From Microbacteriaceae bacterium (GTDB lineage Bacteria; Actinomycetota; Actinomycetes; Actinomycetales; Microbacteriaceae), in the NCBI GenBank assembly GCA_029979375.1, contig JAPOHQ010000001.1:1-61496 (forward strand): a stretch of DNA of 61,496 nt. Reading direction: 5' to 3'. The notes beneath the pieces are model-generated. The model did no database searches. It was not told the DNA's origin and saw nothing but the letters and a program-made list of their open reading frames with translations. Made by a program: the position numbers and the translations under genes. Each line of letters opens with the position of its first letter. Position 1 is the first letter of the stretch. Below are positions 58,703 to 61,496 of this stretch, in pieces.

Positions 58703-60081
58703 TTCACACCCGCCAATTCATCTCCGAGAAACCTAAGTCCAGCGATGTTCGATGCCTTTACCAACACGACATCGCCGGGCTTTAGCTTGGCACGAATAGT
58801 CTCAAAAGCCGTGCTCATCGATTCGATGTACTCACTTTCGCCATCCCAGCTGCCCTCCTGGCTGGCGCCCATGTGAATCAGTTTGGCCTCCTCGCCAATC
58901 ACAAACAGCTTGTCGATTCCAAGCCGAACCACGAGCCTGCCGATCTGGTCGTGCTCCTGTGCTGAATACTCACCGAGTTCGGCCATTTGCCCCAGCACGG
59001 CCACTGTTCTATTGCCTGCTCTACCGAGGACCGCGAGGGTCTGAAGTGCAGCTCGCATCGAGTCTGGGGAGGCGTTGTAGGCATCGTTTATGACCCAGAA
59101 ATCGCCCGCTTTCAGCAATTGCATGCGCCAACGCTCGACAAAGTCGAGTTCTTGAGCCACCGCTAGCGATTCTTCAACTCCAACGCCCAGCTCCATGGCG
59201 GCCGCAATGGCTGCAGCCAAGTTCATGGCCTGATGCTCGCCCAGGATCTTCAGTTGCGCCTCGTGCCGGTTGCCAGCAACCTCAAACGTGACTTTGGTGC
59301 CGGCAAGCGAAAGCTCGGTGGAGATGAGCCTCACCGCAGCATCGTTGTCGAAACCAAAGCCAATCTTTCTTGCCTTGGTCTCGAAGTTTCTTACCCTGGG
59401 GTCATCGAGGTTCAGAACTGCGACGGAGCGAATGTGAGGCATCAGCTCCGCTTTGATTCGCTCGGTGGCTTCGATGCCACCGAATGCCCCGGCGTGGGCC
59501 ATGCCAACCTTTAGTTGAATGCCGATATCTGGTTTTGTCCAGCGAGCCAGTCCGTCTATGCTTCCTGGCCCCGCAGCCCCGAGTTCGAGCACTAAGAATC
59601 GGGTGTCCTGCTCGATCCTGAGAACAGTTAGCGGAAGCCCCACCTCGTTATTGAAGGAGGCCCTGGGATAGATGGTCTTGCCTTTGGTGGCCAAGATCTT
59701 GCCAAGGATGTTCTTCGTCGATGTCTTGCCGTTACTTCCCGTGATGCCAACGACCTGAAGGTCGCCTCGACTTCGAACTGCCTCCAGGACATGAGATGCC
59801 AACTGAGAAAGCGCGACCACGGTATCGGAAACCACAATCTGGTCTATCTCAGTATCCGCACTGGGACTCGAGACCACGGCCAAGGTTGCTCCCGAAAGCA
59901 GCGCGTCTACCAAATACTTGTGACCATCCTCATTTTCGCCAAGCTTGGCGAAGAAGATGCCGCCGGAGACGATCTCTCGCGAGTCTGTCTCGACAGGGCC
60001 CGAGACCACTCGGTCTGGATCTCCGCGAAATATCTCCCCGGAGACCGCGGTTGCAAGCTCGGCAAGGGTCATGGCGATCAT
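58699..60081 (-). CDS. murF: UDP-MurNAc-tripeptide--D-Ala-D-Ala ligase MurF
   Basis: [45 protein letters not shown]. Confidence 0.96.
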   Translation of the reverse strand: MIAMTLAELATAVSGEIFRGDPDRVVSGPVETDSREIVSGGIFFAKLGENEDGHKYLVDALLSGATLAVVSSPSADTEIDQIVVSDTVVALSQLASHVLEAVRSRGDLQVVGITGSNGKTSTKNILGKILATKGKTIYPRASFNNEVGLPLTVLRIEQDTRFLVLELGAAGPGSIDGLARWTKPDIGIQLKVGMAHAGAFGGIEATERIKAELMPHIRSVAVLNLDDPRVRNFETKARKIGFGFDNDAAVRLISTELSLAGTKVTFEVAGNRHEAQLKILGEHQAMNLAAAIAAAMELGVGVEESLAVAQELDFVERWRMQLLKAGDFWVINDAYNASPDSMRAALQTLAVLGRAGNRTVAVLGQMAELGEYSAQEHDQIGRLVVRLGIDKLFVIGEEAKLIHMGASQEGSWDGESEYIESMSTAFETIRAKLKPGDVVLVKASNIAGLRFLGDELAGVK

Positions 60082-61484
60082 CGCTGAACCAACCCTCTTG
60101 CTATCTCAAGCGCATTGAAAGGAACTTTTTCGCCCTTGATTTCCCGGTAGTCAAGATTTCCAGGGCCACACCAGAGCACAGCCTCATCCTTGCCAGCCCT
60201 TTCAATCGCGGTCCTAATGGCCTCGGCAGGATCGGGGACCTCCACAAACTCTTGCTCTGCTGCGGCCAGGGCAGCGGTGAGTTCTGCGCGAATTGCCGCT
60301 GGGTCCTCGTCTCTGGGGTGCTGGTCGGTAACTATGACCAACCTAGAACCAGAGGTGGCATGTGCCATCAGGGAGCGTTTTCCCTTGTCTCGATTTCCAC
60401 TGGCTCCCAGCACAACAATGAGGCTCTTGTGGCTGGCCCGAAGATCCCGAACCGCGGCCTCGACGCCGGCTGGAGTGTGTGCGTAGTCGACATAGACAGC
60501 CGGGGCTGTGGATACCCTCTCAAGTCGGCCGGAAACCTGCAGTTCAATCTTGGACAGCGCCACCAGCAGAGCATCCGGGGCAACCCCAGACTCAAGAAGC
60601 ATTACTAGTGCGAGACCAAGGTTCTTTGCCATGGTCGGAGTGAGATTGACAGCTGCCGCAAGGCTTTGCTTGCCACTTAGCTCCAATTGGTCGTTCGAGT
60701 AGGTGAGCTGGTATTCGAGGTCCGCACCAATTCCAACCTTCGGAATAGCCGCTTGCTCGTAAAGCTGCTTGCCCCACTCATCCTCGACGTTGATAACGGC
60801 CCGCCTTGACCAGTTTTCTGCAAAGAGCTCGGCCTTGGTCTCAAAGTACTTCTCCATGCTCTGGTAATCATCTAGGTGATCACGCGAGAGATTCGTGAAT
60901 CCGACCATGTCAAACTCCAGGCCAGCTATGCGGCCTCGTTCAATTGCCTGAGCAGAGACTTCAATTACCGCCTTTGCATCACCCGCGCTTCGCATGTCAC
61001 TGAGCAGTTGGTGGATCCTCGGGGCTTCCGGTGTGGTCAGCTCGCTTTTTTGCCAGTTGCCTGCAATGCAGATGCCCGAACCCCCGATGAGGCCGGTCTT
61101 GCTATCGAGCGCGTTCATGAGACGGTGAAGGTAGGTGGTTGTGCTTGTCTTGCCGTTCGTGCCGGTGACGCCCAAAAGCCCGGTCTTCGGGGTTGCAAAG
61201 ATCTCGGCAGAGACCTCGCCGGCCGGCGACCTTGGGTCCTTGGCCAAGATGGTCGGTAACCCAAAGTCTCCCGTTTTATCGGTCAGCAGGGCCACCGCAC
61301 CCAGCTCGATTGCCTGCTGCAAGTGATCGAGCCCGTGAGAGTTCTTACCCGGAGCGGCGATGAACAGGTAGCCGGGTCTGATGTGCCGCGAGGAGAGGGC
61401 TGCGCCGGTCAGCTCAGCATCGCCAGTGGCGAATAGTCCCAGCTGCTTAGCCACCTGCGCAAGGCTAGGCACCTGGCTGTCCAA
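60078..61484 (-). CDS. murE: UDP-MurNAc-dipeptide--diamino acid ligase MurE (start may lie beyond the window end)
   Basis: GVTGTNGKT, LTTPEA, EVS, FTNL.RDHLD, GRLE, VDYAHTP, RDKGKR; the frame stays open to the window edge. Confidence 0.93.
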   Translation of the reverse strand: MDSQVPSLAQVAKQLGLFATGDAELTGAALSSRHIRPGYLFIAAPGKNSHGLDHLQQAIELGAVALLTDKTGDFGLPTILAKDPRSPAGEVSAEIFATPKTGLLGVTGTNGKTSTTTYLHRLMNALDSKTGLIGGSGICIAGNWQKSELTTPEAPRIHQLLSDMRSAGDAKAVIEVSAQAIERGRIAGLEFDMVGFTNLSRDHLDDYQSMEKYFETKAELFAENWSRRAVINVEDEWGKQLYEQAAIPKVGIGADLEYQLTYSNDQLELSGKQSLAAAVNLTPTMAKNLGLALVMLLESGVAPDALLVALSKIELQVSGRLERVSTAPAVYVDYAHTPAGVEAAVRDLRASHKSLIVVLGASGNRDKGKRSLMAHATSGSRLVIVTDQHPRDEDPAAIRAELTAALAAAEQEFVEVPDPAEAIRTAIERAGKDEAVLWCGPGNLDYREIKGEKVPFNALEIARGLVQR

Positions 61485-61496
61485 ACTTGTTTGAAG

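Noticed and set aside
59796-60608. 270-aa plus-strand ORF
   Set aside because: Antisense to the murF/murE junction, no homology cues.
1-61496. CRISPR arrays, IS elements, prophage, inteins, tandem repeats
   Set aside because: None seen by eye; nearly all the sequence is accounted for by housekeeping genes of normal length.

Overview
A dense, streamlined core-chromosome segment from an actinobacterium. Gene order, the small intergenic spacers and the MurE motif suggest Microbacteriaceae, possibly a freshwater Aquiluna/Rhodoluna-like lineage (inference). From start to end it holds: the end of the SUF operon, bioY, a SURF1 cluster, fabG-fabI, serB, glgC/glgM, rpmE2, a DEDDh exonuclease, a sirtuin, tRNA-Leu(GAG), uppP, the PAC2-trmI-FKBP-pafBC-tatAC-helY-lnt-ppm1-rbpA locus with no Pup-proteasome genes, trpD, both halves of the cytochrome bc1-aa3 supercomplex separated by tmRNA and a GNAT gene, pyrD-nrdR-hisD, dnaE, and the dcw cluster from murE to divIVA/lspA. 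A 28-bp actinobacterial dif site at 27327-27354 and a switch in dominant gene orientation around it indicate that the window spans the replication terminus. I found no integrase, transposase, prophage, CRISPR array or defence island, so no clearly new multi-gene system is evident. The best leads are cis-elements (dif, an rbpA anti-SD hairpin under an ECF-type promoter, an FtsR-like operator at ftsZ, an 11-mer shared by the two respiratory promoters, many leaderless starts), a trpD frameshift, and several small uncharacterised proteins in suggestive contexts.
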